The position numbers and the translations under genes were made by a program. Under the pieces are notes generated by a model that saw only the letters and a program-made list of their open reading frames with translations, was not told the DNA's origin and did no database searches. A stretch of 64,000 nt of DNA from Takakia lepidozioides (Eukaryota > Plantae > Bryophyta), in contig CM060732.1 in assembly GCA_030704615.1 (NCBI GenBank), forward strand, positions 42,718,001-42,782,000, given 5' to 3'. Below are positions 24,484 through 35,700 of the stretch, in pieces (the stretch's first letter is position 1; each line of letters starts with the position of its first letter).

Positions 24484-26835
24484 AACTTTAAACAAAATGC
24501 TTGTTAGGTCGATATCATTTCTGACCTTATTCAATTCTGTCGCAGGAACTTGTGCAAGACGTAGACGAGGACAATCTTAAGAAGTAATGCACTGACTGGC
24601 CCTCAAAGATTATATGGTCAAAGGATCTGATGAGGCTCGTGAAGTTATCTAAGCTCCTAAACGACCCGAATAAGGCGCAAAAATTTGACACAACATTTCC
24701 CGAGAAAGTTGCACATGCCCAAAATTTCTTCAAGTTGAGGGGGGGGGCCGAAAAAGTACAACGATCATACAACGAAGTCGGAGACCAGACAATGGAAGGT
24801 AAATGATTCATTGTGTTTTTTGTTCCTTTTTCTAGAGAACCAAAATATTTTCAATCTCGGATTTAATGTGACGAACGGAGGCCGTATTACGAAGCACCGC
24901 ATTACGAAGCATGAGACACTACAAAATGAGCTTCAAAATGGAGGGTGCTACAATGAACGAGCGGGATGGTTTAGCATTCGAAAATTCGACATAATGGGGT
25001 CTTTTATAATGTGTCTTGTTTGGTAATGAGGTGCTTGTCCAACTTTTATTTTCCCAATCTAGTTATGTTCTCCACCTGTAACAGTTCTGCAAATGTGCCG
25101 CAAAAATACTTGAAACATCATATGATCATAAAAACGTGATGTTGCGGAGAACGCTTATAAAAGTTTTCATGGTAATTGGGTTTTTCAAGGATTTTCTAGG
25201 CACACTATTGGAACTGTTCCTGGTGGAGAACACGAACAGATTGGACAAATTTGACTTGGAGAAGCACCACATTCCGAAGCAGGAGACACTACATAAAGAG
25301 CTTCAAATTATAAGGCACAACAAGATGGACGTACATGAATTGGCAATCGAATCATCATTTGGAGTAAAGTATAATTGACATGATAGTTGTGACTATTGTT
25401 TCATCTCAAAAATTAATATCAAATATTGAATGAAATGTCTACTTTGGCCCTGATTATTTTCGCAGGAATTTATGCAAGCATGTCAACTCATACTGGAGAT
25501 GAGTAGCGTGAAGGAGGCCATGGTTCTGGTTCTCTGTGACGAATACATATAGAACCTGTGGGAGGAGGTGTTCAAACAGTGGGAACAAGGAAAATTTATT
25601 GATATTTTCGGGATCCAGTGTAAGGGTGAACAGCTACCGCTGAATAAAACCGCTATCGCGAAACTACAAGGACTTAATAGCAGGCAGTTGAAAAGAGTGG
25701 CGGAGAAAATCCTGAACAGAGACATTTGCATTCGGGGAACGAAATTCAAGGGAGCGGACAAATCATGAATGCGTATATTGACCAAATGAAATTGAGACGG
25801 TTTATTATCGACGATGTAATGGAAGTCTTAGGGTGGTCTCGGAAGAGCAAACAGAACCCAGAACCGTATACCAAACAGGAGTGGCGTGATGTGAAAAAAA
25901 AAATACAACTTCAACAAAGCTAAGTTTGAGACTTTTCGAGATCGGCTCGGGAACGACTACATTGTAAGCAAACAGAAGATGAATATGGAGACGCAACCAA
26001 TGACTGCTGCCTTCAAGAAGTATGTCTGTCGTGAAAGCAAACCTTCGCGGATAACCAGAATGCCCTGGCGATTCTATGCACGAGCTTCATGTCCCATTAT
26101 ACACAACTGGGGGGAAACCAAAAATTTACTGATGTCAGATCACGGTTGAAACTTGCACCGAAGAAACAGTTTGACGACCGGTGTTCGTCAATACAATTTG
26201 TGATGATGACTCTGTTGTCTTCGAGGCAAGGGACTACTCCAATATCTTGTATGCTTTTGTGGCTCGGAAGCTCATGTCCAGTGCATTTGTGTTTTTCTCG
26301 ACACAAGAATCATCGGGAAATCTTGTGTCATACATCCGAAATGGCCTTGGATCAAAATCGTTCATTATCCGACAGGGTTATTACATTCCCGACGAGTTTG
26401 AATCACCTTACAAGAGCTGCACGACTATATTCTCCCGGACGGTCCTCTGCCTCGATTACGTATTTCCGGCAACTGCTGAGGAGATGGTGAATCCGGACGA
26501 TCACATTCAAACTGTTTTGTTAAAGCCGGACCCAATTAATCCCGTTATCCAAGGACCAGATGTAGACCCGACCTTGCAGGAGAAGGAGTGTAGGACTTAC
26601 ACTCATGAGCTGAAGGCGGACACCTACAATTACCTGGTTTTTTTTTTTTTGCAGGGACGGAATGTCTTGTGTGAACATTTTCGGAGGACTGGCAATGACA
26701 TACGTTCTGCTTATAAGTGGATTCTGCATCATTTTGGAATTGTTTGTGTTTTCAGTTTGCCGGATTTAACTCTCGTGTTTTTTTACGTTGTCGGAATAGC
26801 GTGTTTAACATGTGTCTGAATGTTTCCATTTTGTT

Positions 26836-26863
26836 AACCTCCACTGGGCAGTGGAGGTTCATG
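26836..26863. promoter_or_regulatory. Element-specific palindrome, inside the predicted last intron of the accessory gene
   Basis: AACCTCCACTG-GG-CAGTGGAGGTTCATG. Confidence 0.85.
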
Positions 26864-27284
26864 TTATTGGAGTTCTGGGTGTTTTGGGTGTTTGTTATTC
26901 AAGAGTTTGGTGTGTTTGCTAGTTGTCTCAAAAGAAAGCCTAACCCTTTCAATCTTTCGATGGTTGGTGTTCGTCGGATTTATTTTGATATCATTGTTTG
27001 GTTTCATTGCAGGAAAGAAATATTCGTGTGTTTGACATAAACTTTGTAACGAAAAAGAAATTTTGTAGAAGCAAGGTGGAGGCTTATTTCAAGACGCTCC
27101 AGATTGACAATCAGACTATCGCAGGAGACGGAGATGATGGAGACTCACTGCAGGATGACGAAGTGGACGAAGATGATGATGACGAATGACACGACAATGA
27201 TCGGGACGAGGAAATGGAGTAGAAACAAGAGGAGGACGACAAAGAGGAGAAAGACGAAGATGAGAACATGGAAATCGTCATCGG

Positions 27285-28647
27285 CACTAGAAGGAAAACG
27301 CGGAATAACCATTGGCCCCCTTAAAAACTCTTGTCTTTTACCACTCTATAAATCACTCCAAGTAATGGTAACCCCTGGCCAGTGGTTAATTCCGATGAAA
27401 TGCCACGGTGGCATCATATGGAGTGGTTGGAAGTGGTTTCAACCACTAAGTAATCCATGTGTAATATTTAATTTTATATTTATTATTCGATATTTGGTCA
27501 AATATTATATTAATAATGATAATATCCGACATGGACGGGTACAGTGATAAATTATGAGTGGTTAAAGACACCTCAGTGATGGGAAGTGGTTGAAACCACT
27601 TTCTACTCCACGTGTAATAATTCTTTTTTTAAAGATTTTATCATTTCAAAATATATTATTCAACGTGGACGAGGATAGTATACGTAGATCTGGAGTGGTT
27701 AAAAACCCCCCAGTGATTGGTACCACTTGCACAGTGGTGGAATGTGAGTGGTTAAGACCCTTTTGTAACTGGAACCACTCTTCAAGTGGGCATTTGTGAG
27801 TGGTTATATACACGTGAGTGATTGGTACCACTTTTGTGGTGGGTTCCACTATACGTGGAGGGTCGTACATTGAGAAAAAGCCACACCTTGTGATCGCGGT
27901 TGTCCCACCATCGTGCATGCCTTCATGCCCCGATTCTAGGGCTTGAGTCCCCGTCTGCCCCCTATCCCACCAGCTCCGCTCGTCATTGTACATTGAGAAA
28001 AACCACACCTTGCGATCGCGGTTGTCCCACCATCGTGCACGCCTTCATGCCCCGATTCTAGGTCTTGAGTCCCTGTCTGCCCCCTATCCCACCAGCTCCG
28101 CTCGTCATTGTACATTGAGAAAAAGCCACACCTTTGCGATCACGGTTGTCCCACCATCGTGCACACCTTCATGCCCCAATTCTAGGTCTTGAGTCCCTGT
28201 CTGCCCCTATCCCACCAGCTCCGCTCGTCGTCTCTCATGATTAGACTCGACACTATAAGAAAACAAACATAGCTTTGTCATGTTTGTCTCTCACGATCAA
28301 ACTCGACACAAAGAAAACAAACAGATGCCACAGTGGCAGGGAAGACAAAAAAAACGCTAAGTCCCCTCTACTCATGACTGGATGGATGAATGTAGCGATA
28401 CATGGATGGATTTTGGGTTTTCCATCACCACACAAACCACTAAAGTTTCTCATGTATCACCACAGAAGTAATACCAATCACTGGTGTATATGTAATCACT
28501 CATGCGTAACCACTGGCCAAGTGGTTCCAGTTACTAAATGGTTTGTAACCACTCACTCTACACCACTCTCAAAGTGGTACCAATCAATGGGGGTCTTTAA
28601 CCACTCCAGATCTACGTATACTGTCCCTGTCCACGTGGAATAATATA
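27285..28647 (+). mobile_element. CACTA-like non-autonomous element end with AACCACT/AGTGGTT subterminal repeats, rearranged
   Basis: Begins abruptly with CACTAGAAGGAAAA inside the acidic coding tail. Many AGTGGTT/AACCACT motifs follow. Blocks 27651-27840 and 28457-28647 are inverted homologues. No matching right TIR seen. Confidence 0.65.
27865..28229 (+). repeat. Tandem repeat, 3 x 122-123 bp; inverted copy at about 28666-28777 and partial copies at about 28878 and 29128
   Basis: Units start GTACATTGAGAAAAA at 27865, 27988 and 28110. Confidence 0.92.
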
Positions 28648-29142
28648 GTCTCAAAAGCCATAGGCATGGTGGGATAGGGGGCAGACAGGGACTCAAGCCC
28701 TAGAATCGGGGCATGAAGGCGTGCACGATGGTGGGACAATCGCGATCACAAGGTGTGGCTTTTTCTCAATGTACAATGTGAAGATTTGTACAAGGTTTGT
28801 CCATCCTGCAAATCCGGGCTCTTGGCTCTTGGCTCTTGGCTCTTGACTTGAGACGGAGTTTTTTACCGATCCTTGCCGATGGTGGGACAATCGCAATAAG
28901 GTGTGGCTTTTCCTTAATGTAGGATGTGAAGAAGATTGTCCATCTTGCAAATGTGGGCTTTTGGCTTCTGTTAGTACGGTCTTCTTCCTGATGTTTACAA
29001 GGTTCTTGGGAGAATCAGCTTGGTCTTAGCAGGTATTGCCAAACGTGACAACATGGAAGTATCCAGAAATAGGTAACAGCTGATACGAGGAGAAGTTGTG
29101 GAATGAATACTTTTCTGACCCCAGTCAATGGTGGGACAATCG

Positions 29143-29635
29143 AGGCAAAAAGGTGAATGCCTGTTGGATTACAAAGAGTAGCAGATGCAATTGACCATAG
29201 TGATAAGTTGAGTTGGGTGTTTCGTAGAACAAATCTAGGCTGTCATTGTCAGGTGCTAGCAGCAAGGCAAGGATGTATGCATGATTTGTGTAGTGGCATG
29301 GATAGCTGAAGGAGCAGGGATAGAGTCTGGGTCCAGATTCATCCAAGAGGGCCGGACTTCAAGCTCCAGATTACCTATGATTCAATGTGGATCAATAGTT
29401 ACAAGAAACCTGCTGCATGGGTAGATGGTCAACTAAATGTAGCAGCTGCAACGGCACAGTTGGTAAAATCATGCACCTCAACCATGACCATAGCTTCTGA
29501 AAGATGGATCAAGAGGGGTGGCTGAACGAGATGTGGTGTTTTGGAGTGCCATGATTGCAAGGTATGTGCAGCATGGGTATGGGATTAAGGCTTCGGAAAC
29601 CTAGGAGCAAATGATGTGGGATGGGATGAAGCAAG
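29143..29635 (+). pseudogene. PPR gene remnant: 5' region fused to an internal PPR motif fragment; inverted paralogue of 38718-39083
   Basis: 29143-29518 aligns with the reverse complement of 38718-39083. 29519-29632 encodes AERDVVFWSAMIARYVQHG..(stop)EQMM.DGMK. Confidence 0.75.
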
Positions 29636-29639
29636 ACCA

Positions 29640-30212
29640 CACTAGTATAGATTATCGTTTTTATGACTGCAAATATCACTACATTTGCAGTGATAAGTGC
29701 GATTATGACTATATCACTCTGCAATGTCAAACACGAAGTCAGTGCTTACATGGATAGGAGTAAAAAAAAACCAAATGACTTGCGTTTAACCATAAGGTTT
29801 ATCCATATGAGGCCTAACTTAGACATAGTCTATAATATCATGCTACGTTTCAGTTCTCCCATCACTGCGGAGTGATAAGTGCGGAGTGATAAGTGCGAAG
29901 TGATGGTCGTCACTGTAGACGTGGCACTTGCCAACGACTTAGAGTGACGTGGGGTGTAGTGTTGTAGTCATAACTATATGACTACAAGGCTACGTGTCAT
30001 GACTACACTTACAACTATGTCACTACAGATGAGTGCCAACATGGAGAGGTCTCTCCATGACACGCATGACCCCCCCGGATGTATATGACTACACGACTGT
30101 ACCTTATGACTACACTTATGACTATATCACTACTCACTACATCATTGAGGGTAGCATGTGGTATATTTCATGACTACAAATATGACTCCATCACTATAGG
30201 TTTGTACTGGTT
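29640..30212. mobile_element. Second CACTA-like non-autonomous element with ATGACTAC/CACTAC subterminal repeats
   Basis: Starts CACTAGTATAGA. More than 10 (T)ATGACT(AC)/TCACTAC motifs. A possible degraded right TIR at about 30193-30212 is tentative. Confidence 0.5.
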
Positions 30213-30659
30213 CTAGGTCATCTAACACGTGTCCTTATTCGATTAGTTTATAAAACCATTAATGTTATTTTATTTATTTATTTCATGTAAATTTTATTTA
30301 TCGTTTTGATATTCAGATATGTTTCAATATATAGAGCAATATATTTAATTGAATGAAAGAATTTCACACAAATACACAGATTGTTGAATGTCGATCATAC
30401 AACAAAAAACCAATGGGAAAAATGTTCCCATGGATGCCGCAAAGGCTCTACAATGAGCATTCAAGAAGCCTGAAAGGCCACATGGATAAATAACCAAGCC
30501 TCAAAGGCTACAAGTCCCAAAACCCAAGCCCACACCGGGCCAGCAGTCTACTAGTACTCATACAATTGAAGAGCTCTATTTACAAATCACCATTGTGGCA
30601 TATTTTCAACTACATTGCATCACATAGTCCCACCATTGATTGGGATCAGAAAAGTAATC

Positions 30660-31962
30660 ATTCCACAGCTTCTCATCATTTGCCCATAGGTCTCCAAAGC
30701 CTCCATCCTGCGCCCTTGTTGTGCATATCCTGCAATCATCACACTCCACAACACCACATGTCGTTCAGCCATACTGTCGAACACTCCCTTTGCATCCTCA
30801 ATGCACCCACATTTGGCATACATGTCCACCAAGGCAGTGTTCAGAATGACAGGTGCAATTCCAGATTTGATGATGCCACCATGCATCTCTTTGCCATTTT
30901 CCAGGGCTGCCAGGCTTGCACGAGCATTGCAAACACATTGGTTACACTTCACCCCTTCCCCCATCATTTGCTCATAGGTCTCCAAGGCCTCATCTCGTGC
31001 CCCTACTGTGCATATCCTGCAAGCATGGCATTCCATGACACCATATCTTGTTCAGCCATACTGTCAAACACTCCCTTTGCATCCTCGATGCACCCACATT
31101 TTGCATACATGTCCACCAGCCTCCAGGGTATTGTTCAGAATGACATTGGATACAATCCAGCTCTGACAATGTCACCATGGACCTCTTTGCGCTTTTCCAG
31201 GGCTGCCAGGCTTGCACATGCACACAAACGTGATGTGGTTGGGCTTCACCCCTTCCCCCATCATTTGATCATAGGTCTCCAAAGCCTCCATACCAAGTCC
31301 CTACTATACATACCATGCAAGCATCGCGTTCCATGACACCACATCTCGTTCAGCCATAGACTTATTGACAACTCCCTTCGCATCCTTAATGCACCCACAT
31401 TTCGCATACATGTCCACCAGGGCAGGGTTCAGAATGACATCTGGTACAATTCCAGCTTTGACAATGTCACCATGGACATCTTTCCCCTTTTCCAGAGCTC
31501 CCCTGCTTGCACACATTGCAAACACAAACAAATGTGATGTGGTTGGGCTTCACCCCTTTGCATAGCATTTGCTCATAGGTCTCCAAAAGCATTCCCACCA
31601 CACCTATGCTTGGTAAATCCTGCCAACATTATATTCCACGTGATCAAAGATCGTTGAGGCATTTTGTTGAACATTTGGTGAGCATCCATGATGCTCCCAC
31701 ACTTAACATACATGTTGACAAGGGTGTTGAGTAGGAAAACATTTGGTGTGAATCCACTGTAGATAATGTGAGTGTGCACCTACTTTCCAGCTTCCAGACC
31801 TTGAATCATCTTGATGCACTTAAGCAAGAGACAGACATACGTACCTGAATCTGCTGAAATGCCTCTTTGGTTTAAAGTCTGTAGAGCCTCTGTCAGTCTG
31901 CCTGCCTCACAAAGCATCTTCACATGGCCAGAAGTGCCAAAAGAGGCATTGTGGACTCCCTC
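30660..31962 (-). pseudogene. PLS-class PPR gene, frameshifted; its 5' part lies at 38718-~38960 beyond the inserted LTR element
   Basis: Repeated P-L-S triplets ([38 protein letters not shown]) across ORFs 30620-31036, 31304-31531 and 31573-31779, plus N-terminal LCEAGRLTEALQTL..TYVCLLLKC. Multiple frameshifts; no E/DYW domain seen. Confidence 0.9.
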
Positions 31963-32684
31963 TGTTGCGGCCCTTTGCCTTGAGGGCAGGGAGGTCGGGA
32001 CACAAGAGGGGCTGCCCTTGTGGTGGGGGCAGTAGCAGCGATAGGTACGGGGGCTGAAGCACCCTTGAGTGCCCAAGGCACTCAAGGAGGCGGAGGCGCT
32101 CACTAGATGGAGCCCCGCACACCGGGTTGCGGTGGGGGTGGCTCCACAAGGGTTGGTAGCTTAGTGGGACTTAGTGGGGGTGGCATAGGACTCACCATGG
32201 GGGTGGAGACCTCGTGGTGGGAGTCGTGGGGAGTCTTGGGACTCATCACGGTCCATAGGGGCCGTGGTGAGCGGGCCAAGACTCACCGCGACTCACCACC
32301 GGGAATCGAGGGTCTTCGTGGTGGTTCGCCATAAAATGGCATGGCTGGTTGTGAAACCCCCGCGGACAGCTACAGAAGTATATATAGGGAGTAGTAACCC
32401 GAGAACGGTGCAAGCCCGTTGGTGACCAAAAACTAGTGAGTAAGCGAGCGAGCCGGAAAGCGACCAAAGAGTGGGGAGCTGTTCCGGACTGCCATCTACC
32501 AAAGGGAATTCTCCTAGTCCCAATTAGGTGGAGGGTTTTAGAGGGAAGCGAAGGGGGACCGTTATGTCCCGGTGAGCAGCCGAAGCTCCAAGTTGGCCCG
32601 GCGGCTAGGTTGGGAGTCAGGCGCGCGCATCAAAGCGAGTAACTATGACTTGAAGGGGAGTTTACCGAAGTGAGGTGTGCGACA
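31963..32684 (+). repeat. 5' LTR of element 1
   Basis: 722-bp direct repeat with 37995-38717. Confidence 0.97.
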
Positions 32685-32739
32685 CTTGGTATCAGAGCTT
32701 AAAGTTCAGTACGCGATCGTCCTTGGGATTGGCCTCATC

Positions 32740-35700
32740 ATGGGGTCGGGCAAGCCGAAGCGAAAGCGGAACGGCCCAAAAGATGATGATCCCGGTGAGC
32801 CCGATGGGGGCGGCGTGTCACCGAGGCGGCCGTTTGAGGAAGCGATGCATGTTTCCGAAAACGAGGCCGCCCAAGAGCGGGAGGAATCCGAGGAGTTGGA
32901 GCCCGAGGAATCCTTGAGAGCTCCGACAAACCAAGAGATGCCTCCCATGCCGGCAGCCTTTGGGAAGGGTTGTTGGCGCAGTTTGGTGGGACGTTGAAAG
33001 ACGTGTTGAAGGCGGCTAATGCCACTTCCACTAAGGCAAAGTTTAAGGTGAAGCCTAAAGAACCCGACACCTTCGAGGGCGTCCGAAATCGGAAGGCACT
33101 CAACACCTGGCTCTTGGAGCTGGAGTTGTACTTCCGGGCGGCCAAGTTGAGTGACGAGGATCGCGTGGAAGTGGCTCCCACCTATTTGAGGGGCTATGCT
33201 CAACAATGGTGGCAGAAACGCCTTCACGACCGAGGTCCAAGTCCGAAAACCTTGAACTGGAGTGGGTTCAAGGAATTGTTGAAGAGACAGTTTGTGCCCC
33301 TCAACGCGTCCTGGCTTGCCCGGGACAAGATGAGGAATTTGAAGCAAACAGATGACATTCGGGGGTACGTCCAGGCTTTCAATGTGCTGTTGCTTGAAGT
33401 CGCGGACATGGCAGAACCAGAAATGGTCTTCAACTTTGTGGCGGGACTGGCCCCATGGGCCAGGCGGAAGTTGGAGGAGAAGCCACCCAAGACTTTGAAC
33501 GAGGCAATTGAGAGGGCTGAATGTTTCTCGGATGTCCCTAGGGGTGAAAGACAAGGCCGTACGGAGCTGAACCACAAGAAGATTCGGCGGGAAGGTGACT
33601 CATTCCGACCGGAAAAGAAGTGGGATAGGCCACGCGGCGAAAATGGCACGTGGAAATCGAAGGGAGGGCCTCGAGTATGTTTCAATTGCGGGGAGCCCGG
33701 GCACATGGCCAAGAAGTGCACAAAGCCCCGGCAATTGAACATGACTCGGGCGACCACGGAGCTGTCGGAAGATACCATCAGTCGCTTGGTGGAAGCGGTG
33801 GTCGCCAGGACTTGCAAGGTAGGCAAATTTTCTTGTGAGTTGTATCAGGAAACTGCCGCCTTACGAAAAAGGAGTCAGTTATTGTTCGTGGATGGGATAA
33901 TATCCGGAACTAATGTGTCGTTGTTGGTGGACACAGGAGCGTCGCACTCCTTCATGACACCGGCAACGACACAAAAGCAGGGACTCCCGACAAGTGACGT
34001 GGGGGCCTCTATTGAGGTGCGTTCTACCAAAGGAGAACCACAGTTGGCGACAAGGTTGGCGATTGATGTTCCTCTTCAACTGGGGAGTTGGGAGGGCATG
34101 AGAACTTCACCATCTGCGAGATCGATGGAGTAGATCTCATTTTAGGAATGACCTTTTTGAGCAAATCCGGAGCGGTCATAGATGGCCGCAAGAGAGTAGT
34201 CACGCTGCCATGTGGGAATGGTGGCGAGGTCTTACGAGTGTCGGAAACGCCCAAATCCGTGGGAGGGCGAATAAACCTTCTGTCAGCAAGGGAGTGGGCC
34301 GTGGAGGAGGCACACGAACCCCAATTCTTGCTTTACATTAGAGAAGTGAAGGGAGAAGGCGATGGGGAACCGAGCCCAGATTGGATCAAGGGGATTTTGG
34401 AGAAATACCAGGATGTGATGCCGGAGGATTTACCAAGCGGCTTGCCACCGCGAAGAGGAGTTGACCACAAGATTGAGGTGATACCGGGATCGGAACCGCC
34501 TGCCAAGAAGGATGGGACGCTGCGGATGTGTGTCGATTACAGGGCTCTGAATAAGGTGACTATCAAAAACCGATACCCTTTGCCAAGGATCGACGACCTC
34601 TTCGATCGGTTGGCAGGAGCGAAGGATTTCAGCCGGATCGACTTGCGCTCCGGCTATCACCAAATTCGGGTGGCGGAAGGAGATGAGGAGAAGACCGCGT
34701 GTAGGACAAGGTATGGTTCATATGAGTTCTTGGTGATGCCTTTTGGGCTCACCAATGCACCAGCGACATTTAGCACGCTGATGAACAGTCTTTTCCAGGA
34801 GTGGTTGGATGACTTTGTGATCGTGTACATCGACGACATCTTGGTGTACTCGAAAACAAAGGAGGAGCACCTGGAGCACCTCAAAAGGGTGTTCCAAAAA
34901 TTGCGGGAAGGGAAGCTGTATGCCAAAGCTTCAAAGTGCGAATTCGGGGTCACAAAAGTGGAGTTCTTGGGGCATGTGATTACACAGGATGGGATCAAAA
35001 TGGATGACAGAAAGGTGAGGGCGATCTTGGACTGGGAGCCTCCGACTTCGGTCCCGGGAGTGCGATCCTTCCTAGGACTCGCCTCCTATTACCGGAAGTA
35101 TGTGAGAAATTTCGCCAAGATCGCGGGGCCGCTGTCGGACCTTCTGTGTAAATCCAAAGTCTGGGTATGGAACACATTTTGTGGCCAAGCTTTTGCTGAA
35201 TTGAAGCAGCGGATGACGGAAGCTCCAGTCTTGAAAATCCCGGAGTTCGATCGTCCGTTTGAGATTCATACAGATGCATCGGACTTCGCGATTGGGGGTG
35301 TACTTATGCAAGATGGACGTCCAGTGGCCTACGAAAGTAAGAAACTGAATGAAGTGGAGCGACGGTGGCCGACGCACGAAAAAGAGATGAAGGCGGTGGT
35401 GCATTGCCTTGAGCTCTGGCGCCACTATGTTGGTTCTAACCCAGTGAAGGTGTTCACGGACAATGTCACGGTGAAGTATTTTGCCACGCAGCCCAAGTTG
35501 TCCCCAAAACAACTTAGGTGGCAAGATACTTTGGCAGTGTTCGACGTGGATATCCAGTACAAACCGAGACGGGACAATGTGGTGGCCGATGCTTTAAGTA
35601 GAAAACAGCAGCTTTTGTTGGTGTACAAGGGCGAGACGGCACTCCAAAGGAAGATCCGGAAGGCTTGCCGGAAGGATGAGCTGGTGAAGTCCGTGATGCA

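Larger units (their letters stand above)
13439..27284. mobile_element. Large decayed Sola-like (DUF7869-type transposase) DNA transposon with divergent accessory genes; ends not defined
   Basis: Span defined by the transposase, the divergent accessory genes and the distribution of an element-specific palindrome. The right side is cut by a CACTA-like end at 27285. No TIR/TSD identified; the left limit rests on the weakest palindrome copy. Confidence 0.65.
23513..27284 (+). pseudogene. Transposon accessory gene, multi-exon and decayed: ParB/Srx-like domain + helical region + degenerate amino-methyltransferase-like segment + acidic tail
   Basis: Reconstructed YRPVNVKHKDEVKARL...HPVYLIP...FFVIGGQHTIIAAK|ELV...WPSKIIW...LVKLSKLLN (needs one extra A removed at about 24394; intron 24417-24545). 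Later YTHELKADTYNYLVxxFCRDGMSCVNIFGGLAMTYVLL|ERNIRVFDINF (needs a 1-nt correction in the T13 run at 26638-26650; intron about 26713-27012 with an ATAAGT-mutated donor). D/E-rich end. Confidence 0.6.

Noticed and set aside
27865-28229. Regularly spaced repeats as a CRISPR array
   Set aside because: Whole 122-123 bp units are repeated with no unique spacers, there are no cas genes, and the context is eukaryotic.
32706-33826. Long antisense ORFs in element 1 and LTR-internal ORFs (55549-55983, 60727-61194)
   Set aside because: These are shadow ORFs of GC-rich gag or chance ORFs duplicated with the LTRs, with no domain signal.
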